A stretch of DNA of 64,000 nucleotides, from positions 492-64,491 of the forward strand of contig JAZQGL010000003.1 in NCBI GenBank assembly GCA_045540035.1. The letters are read 5' to 3'. The notes beneath the pieces are model-generated. The model ran no database searches. It had not been told where the DNA came from and saw only the letters and a program-made list of their open reading frames with translations. Positions 17,830 through 27,214 of this stretch are shown piece after piece; the first letter of the stretch is position 1; each line of letters starts with the position of its first letter. The stretch comes from Faecousia sp. Its GTDB lineage: Bacteria; Bacillota; Clostridia; Oscillospirales; Oscillospiraceae. The translations under genes were made by a program, and so were the position numbers.

Positions 17830-20180
17830 TTTTCTGCCTCCTCTGCAGGAATATAAAGCATCGTATTGATGGGACGGACCATACCCACCGTACTGCCGGT
17901 GGAGGTAGCCGGGCAACTCAGTTCCAGAAAACTGCCCTTTGCCGTCAGACCCAGCACTGCCGAGCCGCCGCCGTCCATATTCATAAGGGTCTTTACATCC
18001 GGGTAAAGCGCCCGGGTAATGCCGATGATCTCTTCGTAATTTGCGCCGGTGGACCGCCAGGATCTGCCGGACATTACCAGCAGCAGCAAATCCCCGTTTT
18101 CCGCCATACCGATGGCGGTGCGGGGGTGCTTGACCGATTTGTGGTACACCGATTCCTGGGTCTGCCGGGACAGCGGTGACATCCAGCCCTCCCGGGAGAA
18201 CCATTGGGGCATATCGTTTTTATCGCCCATTGCCACCCCGTCCAGGATCATAGAAAGTCCGCCGCCCCAGGCCCATTGTACCCGGTTCCAGACCTCTTTT
18301 TCCACTTCCTCCGGACCGTCCAGATGTACCTGCAAAGTAAGACCGGACACATCGTAATAGCCATCTTCCAGACTTTTCAGACCCGACAGCAAGCCATCTG
18401 CCGCCGGCTCTGCCAGCGAGATCACCACACCGGCACCGGGTAGCAGCACATCGCCTTTGCGGATCGCCACGATCCGGTCCTGCAGGATCACGACATTCAC
18501 TCTGCCTGCGCCTACGGGCTTTGTGTAAGTTTCCCGGTCTTCCCGGGCCAGTTCTGCGGTGCTGAAGGGGGTATACACGCATACATCCGCGGCGTTTTCC
18601 GGGTCCACATCCGCGCTTTCCCAGCGGATATCCGTGCTGCCGATACGGACATTGCCGCCGCCCAGCCGATAGTTAAAAAACCGGAACTGACCGTCATCGG
18701 TCATTGCCACGCAGCACTTTTTAAACAGCGGGAACGTCTCTTTGCGCACCCCGTTTTCCCAGCAAAGCATATAGTCCAGATGACCGGCAGATGCGTCGGT
18801 CTGCTCCAGGGGGCGGTCCTGCCGCAAATGGTTATACAGAATATCCAGTTTCGGCGTCATAAAGAACAGGAAGTTGGACACCAGGGCTGTAGAAGAAAAA
18901 TCCTTGCTTTCCAACAGTTTTCGCGGTGTCACACCCCTGGGACACTGAATGACCTTTGCCCCTTTTGCCTTCTTCACCCGGATACTGTGGACCAGAATTC
19001 CCGGCTGCTGACAGCCTTCCGCATAGCAAATGGGCTGACGCCGCAGGTTTTCATCAAAGTATGCCGCGGTGTAAGAAATATTAGAAAATTGGTTTACATA
19101 ATTATAGACAGACGCGTCTTTGCTCCGGTCAAATGCGGCAAAATCATCACCGGATGCGGCGATGGGTATGGGCGCATTTTCCCGGGTATCGTAGATATTT
19201 ACAAAGATTTCCGGATAGTTCCTGTAAAGTTCCGACACCCGGAGATCATAAATACCGTCACCGCAGGCTTTCCACAGTTTTGCTAAATGGTAGTAAGTCA
19301 GCCGGGTCTGGGCGATCACCGGCACATAGGGGGTGATGTCCCTGCCGGCAGGTATGTAGATGCAGTTATCCCGGGGATCTCCGGATTGGGCGCACAGCGC
19401 CTGGGCGTGGTAGCCCAAAGGTCTGGCTGTGACGATAGCATCCAAAGCCAGATCCCGGCAGTGAAGCAAACCATCTTCCCCGTAATACAGCAGGCAGGCT
19501 GCGCCCCGGTCGATGGCGGTCTGCAATTGGCTATTAAAAGCCACGCCCTCCCGGGTGGTTTCCAGCCAGTTTACACGGGTATCTCCCAGCCAGCCGGACA
19601 GTTGCTTTTGATCCGGCAGGTCGCCGCTGCCGTCAGCGCTTGCGCAGACATAGACCGCCTTGCCCTGCTTTTGGGCGCAGCAGACATCCGCCTGCATCTC
19701 GAAGAACAGTTCCGGCGCGGTCAGCAGAAAGATGGCGCAACTGGTTTTTTCCAGCAACTGCGCCTTTTTTGCCCGCTGATCAATGCCCATTGCCGGATCA
19801 AATAGCGGGGCATTTTCCCTGCGCATCTGCCTGCCGGCAGCCAGCGCATCATAGCCGAAAACGCTATGGCGGCAGCCTAAAATAAAGTCGTAGATCTCCG
19901 TCTGGGACTGGTCCATATGGCAGTCCTTAAAATGGTATTCCCGGCAGATAAGACCGTAGTACCGATCCAGTTGTTCCTTTGTGATCAGCCCTTTTTCCAG
20001 CAATTCCAAAGCATAAAGATCTGTTACATTGGTGGTAGTCCCCGCCCGCTTGGCGAAGTTGACCGTCACATCTTTAAAGCAAAAAAAGGTCTGCACCGTG
20101 TTACCGTCGTAAATTTTCCGGACAAAACACTTTTCTGTCCGCTGGGGCAATATAAAATTCAAATACCTTTCCATAGGCAC
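17826..20180 (-). CDS. Protein with C-terminal phosphodiester glycosidase (NAGPA-like) domain and unknown N-terminal region
   Basis: HPRTAIG...LLLVMSGR...MNMDGGGS motif set. Confidence 0.7.
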   Translation of the reverse strand: MPMERYLNFILPQRTEKCFVRKIYDGNTVQTFFCFKDVTVNFAKRAGTTTNVTDLYALELLEKGLITKEQLDRYYGLICREYHFKDCHMDQSQTEIYDFILGCRHSVFGYDALAAGRQMRRENAPLFDPAMGIDQRAKKAQLLEKTSCAIFLLTAPELFFEMQADVCCAQKQGKAVYVCASADGSGDLPDQKQLSGWLGDTRVNWLETTREGVAFNSQLQTAIDRGAACLLYYGEDGLLHCRDLALDAIVTARPLGYHAQALCAQSGDPRDNCIYIPAGRDITPYVPVIAQTRLTYYHLAKLWKACGDGIYDLRVSELYRNYPEIFVNIYDTRENAPIPIAASGDDFAAFDRSKDASVYNYVNQFSNISYTAAYFDENLRRQPICYAEGCQQPGILVHSIRVKKAKGAKVIQCPRGVTPRKLLESKDFSSTALVSNFLFFMTPKLDILYNHLRQDRPLEQTDASAGHLDYMLCWENGVRKETFPLFKKCCVAMTDDGQFRFFNYRLGGGNVRIGSTDIRWESADVDPENAADVCVYTPFSTAELAREDRETYTKPVGAGRVNVVILQDRIVAIRKGDVLLPGAGVVISLAEPAADGLLSGLKSLEDGYYDVSGLTLQVHLDGPEEVEKEVWNRVQWAWGGGLSMILDGVAMGDKNDMPQWFSREGWMSPLSRQTQESVYHKSVKHPRTAIGMAENGDLLLLVMSGRSWRSTGANYEEIIGITRALYPDVKTLMNMDGGGSAVLGLTAKGSFLELSCPATSTGSTVGMVRPINTMLYIPAEEAEK

Positions 20181-20287
20181 ACCCCATTTTCGTAAACCTG
20201 AAACTACATTATATCACAAATACGCCCAATAGCAACGCACAAACCCCATTTTTTGCAAAAAAATATCGGGCAATTTGCCCGATATTT

Positions 20288-21721
20288 TTAACATTGTTTC
20301 ATTAAGCGGATGTAGAATTCCACAGCGCGGCAGATAGACTCCAGACGGATCTTCTCATTGTTGCCGTGGACGCTTTTGCGCTCTTCGGAGGTCATATCCA
20401 TAGCGGAGAAGCGGTAAACGTGGTTGCTGAGATCCCGGTAATGGCGGGAATCGGAGCATTGGACCATCAGGTAAGGGGTCACGATACAGCCGGGCCAGGT
20501 CTGCGCCACGCTGGCGGCGACCTTGTTCCAGGCATCGCAGCCGGTCTCGGAAATGGGGCTGGGTTCGTGGCTTTCCAGCACCGTAATGGTCACATCCTCG
20601 TCGCCGACCACCTTGTTCAGGTACTGATACGCAGATGCTACGCTGTCGGCAGGATTCAGGCGCATATTGGAGATCAGACTTGCCTCAGCGGGGATCACAT
20701 TCCGTGCGGAACTTCCCTGCATCATAGTAAACGCGGTAGTGGTGCGGCACAGCGCATTCATCTCACCGCCGCTTAACCGGCAGATCAGATCCAGCACAGG
20801 TCTGAACAGCCACAGATTGGCAAACACCAGTTTGAGTGCAAAAGAGGAATGCCGGCCCAGGGTGTCAAACATCTCCGCTGCGGGCTTGGTGATGTGCATT
20901 TTGAAAGGATGCTCCACCACATTGCGGCAGGCCTTTGCCAGAGTGGTAACGGGCGTCTTGGGCAGGGGCGCAGAGGCGTGACCGCCGGAAGACTTCACCG
21001 TGTAGCAGGCGTTGATCATACCTTTTTCCGCAATGCCGATCATAGCGCTGGGGGTCTTGACACCGGGGAACACATTTTCCACAACTGCGCCGCCTTCGTC
21101 TACAACCAGCCCGGGCTGAATACCGTTTTCCACAAAGTAATTCACAATATTTACAGCGCCCATACCGTTGACTTCCTCGCCGCCGGAGAAGGCAAAATAG
21201 ATGTCATTTTCCGGCACGAAGCCCTGACCGATCAGCGCATTGGCAGCGCTGAGAACACCGTTAAAAGTGGCTTTGGTATCCAAAGTACCTCTGCCCCAGA
21301 GAACGCCCTCCTCGATCACACCGGCAAAGGGCGGTTTCTCCCAGTTTTCCTCACTGACCGGTACCACATCGTAGTGGGCCATCATCACTGCAGGATCGCC
21401 TTTTCCCTTGCCGGGCCAACGGAACAGCAGCGCCCGGTCCGGCAGTTTCTGCAACGTGCAGGCAGAAAATACATTGGGATACAGTTCCGGCAGAAGACCG
21501 ATGAGTTTTTCAAACTCAGCATCGTCTTCCAAAGCGGGATCGTTATAGGAAATGGTCTTGCACTGTATCAGTTTTTGCAAAGCATCGATTGCCGCCTGCC
21601 GGTCAAATTCCACTTGCTCCGGCGCGCCGAAATCCTGCTTTTTGGGCTGAAATGCCAGCGCCCGCAGGATCAGCACCGCCAGTAAAATCACCAGGGCGGC
21701 GAGAATGATATAACCTGCCAT
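20288..21721 (-). CDS. M20 metallopeptidase (carboxypeptidase S-like) with N-terminal membrane anchor
   Basis: MAHYDVVP, WGRGTLDTK, GGEE, DEGG, GGHAS, HGNNEKI. Confidence 0.88.
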   Translation of the reverse strand: MAGYIILAALVILLAVLILRALAFQPKKQDFGAPEQVEFDRQAAIDALQKLIQCKTISYNDPALEDDAEFEKLIGLLPELYPNVFSACTLQKLPDRALLFRWPGKGKGDPAVMMAHYDVVPVSEENWEKPPFAGVIEEGVLWGRGTLDTKATFNGVLSAANALIGQGFVPENDIYFAFSGGEEVNGMGAVNIVNYFVENGIQPGLVVDEGGAVVENVFPGVKTPSAMIGIAEKGMINACYTVKSSGGHASAPLPKTPVTTLAKACRNVVEHPFKMHITKPAAEMFDTLGRHSSFALKLVFANLWLFRPVLDLICRLSGGEMNALCRTTTAFTMMQGSSARNVIPAEASLISNMRLNPADSVASAYQYLNKVVGDEDVTITVLESHEPSPISETGCDAWNKVAASVAQTWPGCIVTPYLMVQCSDSRHYRDLSNHVYRFSAMDMTSEERKSVHGNNEKIRLESICRAVEFYIRLMKQC

Positions 21722-22395
21722 TACAGCACACCCCGCTTATAGAGGATCCGGGCTGTAGCGATGGTAAACAGCGCAGATACCGGCACCATAATGCCGACCG
21801 TACCGGAATTCAGCGCCGGCACGAAGATAAACAGTACCAGCATCAAAAGGATCGGCGCAACGGCGATCTTCCAGTTTTTGGATACGAATGCCACACCCAA
21901 ACCGCCAAACAGGGCAGGCAGGATCTGGGCAAAGGCAGGCTGCAGCACCGGGGCTTGCAGCACCGGGGTCAGAGGAGCGATCAGAATGACACCCAGCACA
22001 ATGATCAGGGTGGTCACGATGCTGGAAGTGGCAATGGCGATGGTGGAGATCACTTCGCCTTCTTCGCTGTTGGCGCTGACTTCATTTTGCTCCAGCGCAT
22101 TCAGGGCGCAGGGCAGTTTCAGGTTGGAGATATTGCCGGTAACAAAACTTAAGTAAGAGCCGCCGGCACCCAGCATCGGCACAAAAGTCACAGTCTCGAT
22201 CGCGCCCACCGCCCAGTACATCGGCGCGGTGGCAACCAAGCCGATCAACAGCGCATTCCAATCCGGCATCGTATCGAAAAGAATGGCCACCGCCACGGGA
22301 AACGCCAGCAGCAGGATCATCACGCCGATATTCCAGATCCGTCCGTCACGGTGGACAGAATCCAAATAAGTCATTTCCTTTTTCATATCGGACAC
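21721..22395 (-). CDS. Polytopic membrane protein, likely partner of the DUF5058-like protein
   Basis: About six hydrophobic segments; GSYLSFVTGNISNLKLPCA motif; coupled to the peptidase gene. Confidence 0.65.
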   Translation of the reverse strand: MSDMKKEMTYLDSVHRDGRIWNIGVMILLLAFPVAVAILFDTMPDWNALLIGLVATAPMYWAVGAIETVTFVPMLGAGGSYLSFVTGNISNLKLPCALNALEQNEVSANSEEGEVISTIAIATSSIVTTLIIVLGVILIAPLTPVLQAPVLQPAFAQILPALFGGLGVAFVSKNWKIAVAPILLMLVLFIFVPALNSGTVGIMVPVSALFTIATARILYKRGVL

Positions 22396-22399
22396 CTCC

Positions 22400-23191
22400 T
22401 TAACCTAACCAGGCGGTTACGGGAATGGCAGCCGCCATACCCACTACCAGGCTGATGGGCAGCGCATACTCGCTGAGCCATTTCATTTTCGGCAGTTTCA
22501 TTAAAAGGCCGCAGACGACCATCACCAGGGCAGATACACCCATAACGCACACCGGGATCATACCGGATGTGGCTGTGTACTGTACCTCCACGCCCTTTTC
22601 CATCACAGTAACCATGCCGTTGGCATCTGCCGTCCACAGACGGGAAACATCGCAGAATACAAAGCCCAAAAACGCAGCGATCATACCGATAAACAATGCG
22701 TTGGAGAAGATGTCCGCCCACTTGGCATCCCGGTTGCTCAAAGCGCTCATACCGCTTTGCAGTTTCTTGCCGATCACCGGCACCAGCCAGATGCCCAGCA
22801 TAATGCTGACGGTCATAACGATCAGAATATTCACGAACTGCTGGGAGGTCAGCGCCACGCCGGAGCCAAGTTTCTCACCCATAGCGCTGAGGGCGTTCTG
22901 GGCTGCCACGGTCTCATAACTCATAGAGCCTACCACGCTTAAGCGCAGCCAGGGCAGAGGCAGACCCAAAGTCTGACTTAAAGTGATCACGCTGATCACA
23001 ATGGCCACCGCCGGGGCAACGGTGAATACCGCGGCAGAAATGATGGTTTTGCGGATCTTCTTTTGATCCATACCGATCTGCTTGCTGCGGCGCAGGGCTT
23101 TCACCAGAAAATACACTGACTGGGCAAGCACCACCGCCACCAGCAGACCTGCCATGATAAACAGGATCGGATGATTGACACTAAATTCCAT
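22400..23191 (-). CDS. DUF5058-like membrane protein
   Basis: LGLPLPWLRLSVVGSMSYE and KWLSEYALPISLVVGM motifs; multiple TM helices. Confidence 0.65.
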   Translation of the reverse strand: MEFSVNHPILFIMAGLLVAVVLAQSVYFLVKALRRSKQIGMDQKKIRKTIISAAVFTVAPAVAIVISVITLSQTLGLPLPWLRLSVVGSMSYETVAAQNALSAMGEKLGSGVALTSQQFVNILIVMTVSIMLGIWLVPVIGKKLQSGMSALSNRDAKWADIFSNALFIGMIAAFLGFVFCDVSRLWTADANGMVTVMEKGVEVQYTATSGMIPVCVMGVSALVMVVCGLLMKLPKMKWLSEYALPISLVVGMAAAIPVTAWLG

Positions 23192-23335
23192 ATAAACACC
23201 TCTTTCTGTGAGATATTTCCATTATAACATAAATACAGCAAAAGAACAGAATTTTTTTGCCCGGATCCTCTATTTTCCTTTTGTGACGAATAGGGACGAG
23301 CAGCGCAGAATAGGGTTGCAGTGGAGGTGATGCGT

Positions 23336-24010
23336 ATGATCGCCGGCCTTTGGCTGATGCTCGGTACGCTGATGTATTCACTGCAACTGTCTGCCGGCTC
23401 TTTCCCAAAGCCATTGACCGCCGCAGAAGAACAGCACTATCTGACCCTGTCTGCCCAGGGTGATCTGGAGGCTCGGAATATTCTTATCGAGCGCAACCTG
23501 CGTCTGGTTGCCCATATTATGAAAAAATACTACGCCCAGGAGGCAGATCAGGACGATCTGATATCCATCGGTACCATCGGGCTGATCAAAGGCGTGACCA
23601 CCTTTGACCCGTCCAAAGGCGCAAGACTTGCCACCTACGCCGCACGCTGTGTGGAAAACGAAATACTGATGCATTTTCGCAGCCAGAAAAAGTCCAGCCA
23701 GGATGTGTCCCTTTCCGATCTGATCGAGACCGGTGCCGACGGCGCAGCGCTGGCGCTGATGGATGTAGTCAGCGACAACGAGGATCTTCTGGACCGGGTC
23801 AGTACCCGGGAGGATCTGCGGCGGCTGTGCGTCGCCATTGATCAGGTACTGACACCCCAGGAACGGCAGGTTGTCATATACCGATACGGTCTGGGGGGCG
23901 GCAAACCCCTGCGGCAGCGGGAAGTGGCAAAGCACACCGGCATCAGCCGCAGTTATGTGTCACGGATCGAGAAAAAAGCCCTGCAAAAGTTAAAAACCGC
24001 TTTGGAATAA
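23336..24010 (+). CDS. sigK: Sporulation sigma factor SigK (uninterrupted)
   Basis: Hydrophobic pro-sequence then SFPKPL, ARNILIERNLRLVAHI, DDLISIGTIGLIK, LATYAARCVENEILM, ISRSYVSRIEKKAL; RBS GGAGGTG. Confidence 0.9.
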   Translation: MIAGLWLMLGTLMYSLQLSAGSFPKPLTAAEEQHYLTLSAQGDLEARNILIERNLRLVAHIMKKYYAQEADQDDLISIGTIGLIKGVTTFDPSKGARLATYAARCVENEILMHFRSQKKSSQDVSLSDLIETGADGAALALMDVVSDNEDLLDRVSTREDLRRLCVAIDQVLTPQERQVVIYRYGLGGGKPLRQREVAKHTGISRSYVSRIEKKALQKLKTALE

Positions 24011-24019
24011 GAATATTGC

Positions 24020-24048
24020 TTGATTTATCCGTAGAAATATGGTATGCT
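24020..24048 (+). promoter_or_regulatory. Putative sigma-A promoter for rfbA-rfbB
   Basis: TTGATT-17bp-TATGCT with extended TG. Confidence 0.5.
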
Positions 24049-24115
24049 TGGTGCAGTGTAAGTAAATACTGCTGTCGTTTTACACTGATTACTTATGATT
24101 ATATGGAGGAACGAT

Positions 24116-25039
24116 ATGAAAGGTATCATTCTGGCAGGCGGCTCCGGTACCCGGCTCTACCCCCTGACAAAGGTGACATCCAAGCAATTGCTTCCCATTT
24201 ATGACAAACCTATGATCTACTATCCCATCTCCGTGCTGATGAGCGCCGGCATCCGGGATATTCTGATTATTTCCACTCCCCAGGACACCCCCCGCTTTCA
24301 GGAACTGCTGGGCGACGGCCAGCAATTCGGTCTGCGGCTGACCTATGCGGTACAGCCTTCTCCCGACGGCCTGGCACAGGCCTTTATCATCGGCGAAGAA
24401 TTCATCGGTGACGATTGCGTGGCTATGATCCTGGGCGATAATATTTTCCACGGCCACGGCCTGAAGAAACGTCTGCGCGCCGCTGTGCGTAACGCACGAA
24501 ACGGCAAGGGCGCCACTGTCTTTGGCTATTATGTAGACGATCCCGAGCGTTTCGGCATCGTGGAATTCGACAAGGACGGTCACGCCATCTCCATTGAGGA
24601 AAAGCCTCAGCATCCCAAGAGCAACTACTGTGTCACCGGTCTTTATTTCTATGACAACCGGGTTGTGGAGTATGCCAAGGGTCTGAAACCCTCTGCCCGT
24701 GGCGAACTGGAGATCACCGACCTGAACCGGATCTATCTGGAGCAGGGCGAACTGAATGTGGAACTGCTGGGTCAGGGCTTTACCTGGCTGGACACCGGTA
24801 CCCACGAAAGTCTGGTGGAAGCCACCAACTTTGTTATGACCGTGGAAAACCACCAGAACCGCAAGATCGGCTGTCTGGAAGACATCGCTTACATCAACGG
24901 CTGGATCACCCGGGAAGCTGTGGAAGAGGTCATCAAGACTTACCGCAATCAGTACGGCCGCTACCTGCAGGATGTGCTGGACGGCAAGTATGTAGATGTG
25001 ATCCGGGACAAGAAGCGTCTTGAGGATCTGGAGAAGTGA
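24116..25039 (+). CDS. rfbA: Glucose-1-phosphate thymidylyltransferase
   Basis: [43 protein letters not shown]. Confidence 0.97.
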   Translation: MKGIILAGGSGTRLYPLTKVTSKQLLPIYDKPMIYYPISVLMSAGIRDILIISTPQDTPRFQELLGDGQQFGLRLTYAVQPSPDGLAQAFIIGEEFIGDDCVAMILGDNIFHGHGLKKRLRAAVRNARNGKGATVFGYYVDDPERFGIVEFDKDGHAISIEEKPQHPKSNYCVTGLYFYDNRVVEYAKGLKPSARGELEITDLNRIYLEQGELNVELLGQGFTWLDTGTHESLVEATNFVMTVENHQNRKIGCLEDIAYINGWITREAVEEVIKTYRNQYGRYLQDVLDGKYVDVIRDKKRLEDLEK

Positions 25040-25046
25040 GGTTACT

Positions 25047-26072
25047 ATGAAAAAGACAATTATCGTCACCGGCGGCGCCGGTTTTATCGGAAGCAATTTT
25101 GTATTCCATATGCTGGGCAAATATCCCGAATACCGGATCATCTGCCTGGATAAACTGACCTACGCCGGCAATCTGTCCACCCTGGAACCCGTAATGGATA
25201 ACCCCAATTTCCGCTTTGTGAAACTGGATATCTGTGACCGGGCAGGCGTGTACAATCTGTTTGAGGAAGAGCATCCCGATATCGTCGTCAACTTTGCCGC
25301 TGAAAGCCACGTTGACCGCTCCATCGAAAACCCCGAGGTCTTCCTGCAGACCAATATCCTTGGCACCCAGGTGCTGATGGATGCCTGCCGCAAGTACGGC
25401 ATTAAGCGCTACCATCAGGTCTCTACCGACGAAGTCTACGGCGACCTGCCGCTGGACCGTCCCGACCTGTTCTTCACCGAGGAGACTCCCATTCACACCA
25501 GTTCCCCCTACTCCTCCTCCAAGGCCGGCGCTGACCTGCTGGTTATGGCTTATCACCGCACTTTCGGTCTGCCTGTTACCATCAGCCGCTGCTCCAACAA
25601 TTACGGTCCTTACCATTTCCCCGAGAAGTTGATCCCTCTGATGATCGCCAACGCCCTGAACGACAAGCCTCTGCCGGTTTACGGCGAAGGTCTGAATGTT
25701 CGCGACTGGCTGTATGTTGAGGACCACTGCAAAGCCATCGATCTGATCATTCACAACGGTCGCGTTGGCGAGGTCTATAACATCGGCGGTCACAACGAGA
25801 TGAAGAATATCGACATCGTCAAGATCATCTGCAAGGCTCTGGGCAAGCCCGAAAGCCTGATCACTTATGTGGCTGACCGGAAGGGTCACGATATGCGCTA
25901 CGCCATCGACCCCACCAAGATCCACAACGAACTGGGCTGGCTGCCGGAGACCAAGTTTGTCGACGGTATCCAGAAGACCATTCAGTGGTACCTGGACAAT
26001 AAGCAGTGGTGGGAGACCATCATCTCCGGTGAGTATCAGAACTACTACGAGAAAATGTACGGCAACCGCTGA
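25047..26072 (+). CDS. rfbB: dTDP-glucose 4,6-dehydratase
   Basis: VTGGAGFIGSNF, FAAESHVDRSI, STDEVYG, YSSSKA, RCSNNYGP. Confidence 0.97.
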   Translation: MKKTIIVTGGAGFIGSNFVFHMLGKYPEYRIICLDKLTYAGNLSTLEPVMDNPNFRFVKLDICDRAGVYNLFEEEHPDIVVNFAAESHVDRSIENPEVFLQTNILGTQVLMDACRKYGIKRYHQVSTDEVYGDLPLDRPDLFFTEETPIHTSSPYSSSKAGADLLVMAYHRTFGLPVTISRCSNNYGPYHFPEKLIPLMIANALNDKPLPVYGEGLNVRDWLYVEDHCKAIDLIIHNGRVGEVYNIGGHNEMKNIDIVKIICKALGKPESLITYVADRKGHDMRYAIDPTKIHNELGWLPETKFVDGIQKTIQWYLDNKQWWETIISGEYQNYYEKMYGNR

Positions 26073-26085
26073 AACACCTGAAATT

Positions 26086-26118
26086 AAGCCGATTGAGTTC
26101 TTCTCAATCGGCTTTTTT
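26086..26118 (+). terminator. Intrinsic terminator after rfbB
   Basis: aagccgattgag-ttctt-ctcaatcggctttttt. Confidence 0.75.
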
Positions 26119-26131
26119 ACGGAGGACTCTT

Positions 26132-27196
26132 ATGGAAAAAACACTACCTTTGCAACATAACACCGCCAGAGACACCACATTGGATGCTGTCAAAGGCATC
26201 GGCATTATTTTGATGGTCCTGGGTCATTCCGGAGGGCCTTTTCACGATTTTGTTTATCTGTTCCATATGGCGCTGTTTTTTATGGTTTCAGGCTTTTTGT
26301 GGAATGACAAAAAAGTGGCGGATCTGCCTACCGCCTGCAAGTCCCTGCTGGCACGGCTGAAAGGGCTTTTATTGCCGTTTGCTCTATGTAACGGCATTTT
26401 TACACTGCTGCAAAACCCCCTGAACCGTCTGCTGATCAACCCCACGACTGCTGTTGACCTTTCTTTCAAGCAGACCGCAATCAAACTGGTAAAAAATATG
26501 CTGTTTGCCGGTGAAACCAATATGGGCGGCGCCACCTGGTTTTTACGGACGCTGTTTTTTGTTTATGCTGCTCACACGGCGATCCGCTATCTCGTCTGCC
26601 ATATTAAGTGGGGCAAGGTGCTGTTTGGCATTGTTGTGGCAGTGAATTTGATCGCCACCGTGTTTATCGACCATACAAACCTCTCTCTGCCTATGGGTAT
26701 CAGTGGCTGCTTTAGTTCTTACTGCGCCTTTTTGCTGGGTATGCTGCTGCGGCGGTTGAACATTTTGGAAAAACTGCGCCGGTTTGATCTTCCCATTGCC
26801 ATTGTCTGTTTTCTGCTGCTTTGCCTGCTGTCCCCCTTAGGCCCTATCGGCATCGGCATAGGATCTATTGTCAATCTGCCCCTGTTCTTTGCAGCCTCCT
26901 TGCTGGGCTTTTTTATGTCTTACTGCACCGCCCGTTGCTTAAAAGGCTGGGTCGGTAACACTTTGGCATATTGCGGCAGACATTCTATCTGGATCGTAAC
27001 ATTACACTTTTTGGCATTTAAGCCGGTGGCCCTTGTCTATCTGCTGCTGACCGGAAAAGATATGGTCCATTTAGCCGATTTTCCTGTTCACGCCGTACCC
27101 TGGCTCTGGATCGTCTATACAATTGTCGGTACGATTCTCCCCCTGGCAGTATATCAACTTTGGAAAGCAATTTTCTGCAAGAAAAACCGGAGATAA
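26132..27196 (+). CDS. Acyltransferase-3 family membrane O-acyltransferase
   Basis: DAVKGIGIILMVLGH, FHMALFFMVSG, WFL, GRHS; about ten TM segments. Confidence 0.85.
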   Translation: MEKTLPLQHNTARDTTLDAVKGIGIILMVLGHSGGPFHDFVYLFHMALFFMVSGFLWNDKKVADLPTACKSLLARLKGLLLPFALCNGIFTLLQNPLNRLLINPTTAVDLSFKQTAIKLVKNMLFAGETNMGGATWFLRTLFFVYAAHTAIRYLVCHIKWGKVLFGIVVAVNLIATVFIDHTNLSLPMGISGCFSSYCAFLLGMLLRRLNILEKLRRFDLPIAIVCFLLLCLLSPLGPIGIGIGSIVNLPLFFAASLLGFFMSYCTARCLKGWVGNTLAYCGRHSIWIVTLHFLAFKPVALVYLLLTGKDMVHLADFPVHAVPWLWIVYTIVGTILPLAVYQLWKAIFCKKNRR

Positions 27197-27214
27197 TTAT
27201 CTCCGGTTTTCCTT

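Noticed and set aside
16276-17915. Duplicate gene tail as a diversity-generating retroelement TR/VR pair
   Set aside because: No reverse transcriptase in the window; differences are mostly synonymous and not adenine-specific, and include a deletion.
23336-24010. skin-like element interrupting sigK
   Set aside because: The frame is continuous and full length, with no recombinase nearby.
24116-26072. rfbAB as a SigK-controlled spore-coat polysaccharide operon because it follows sigK
   Set aside because: Both halves of the locus have sigma-A-type promoters; adjacency alone is not evidence.
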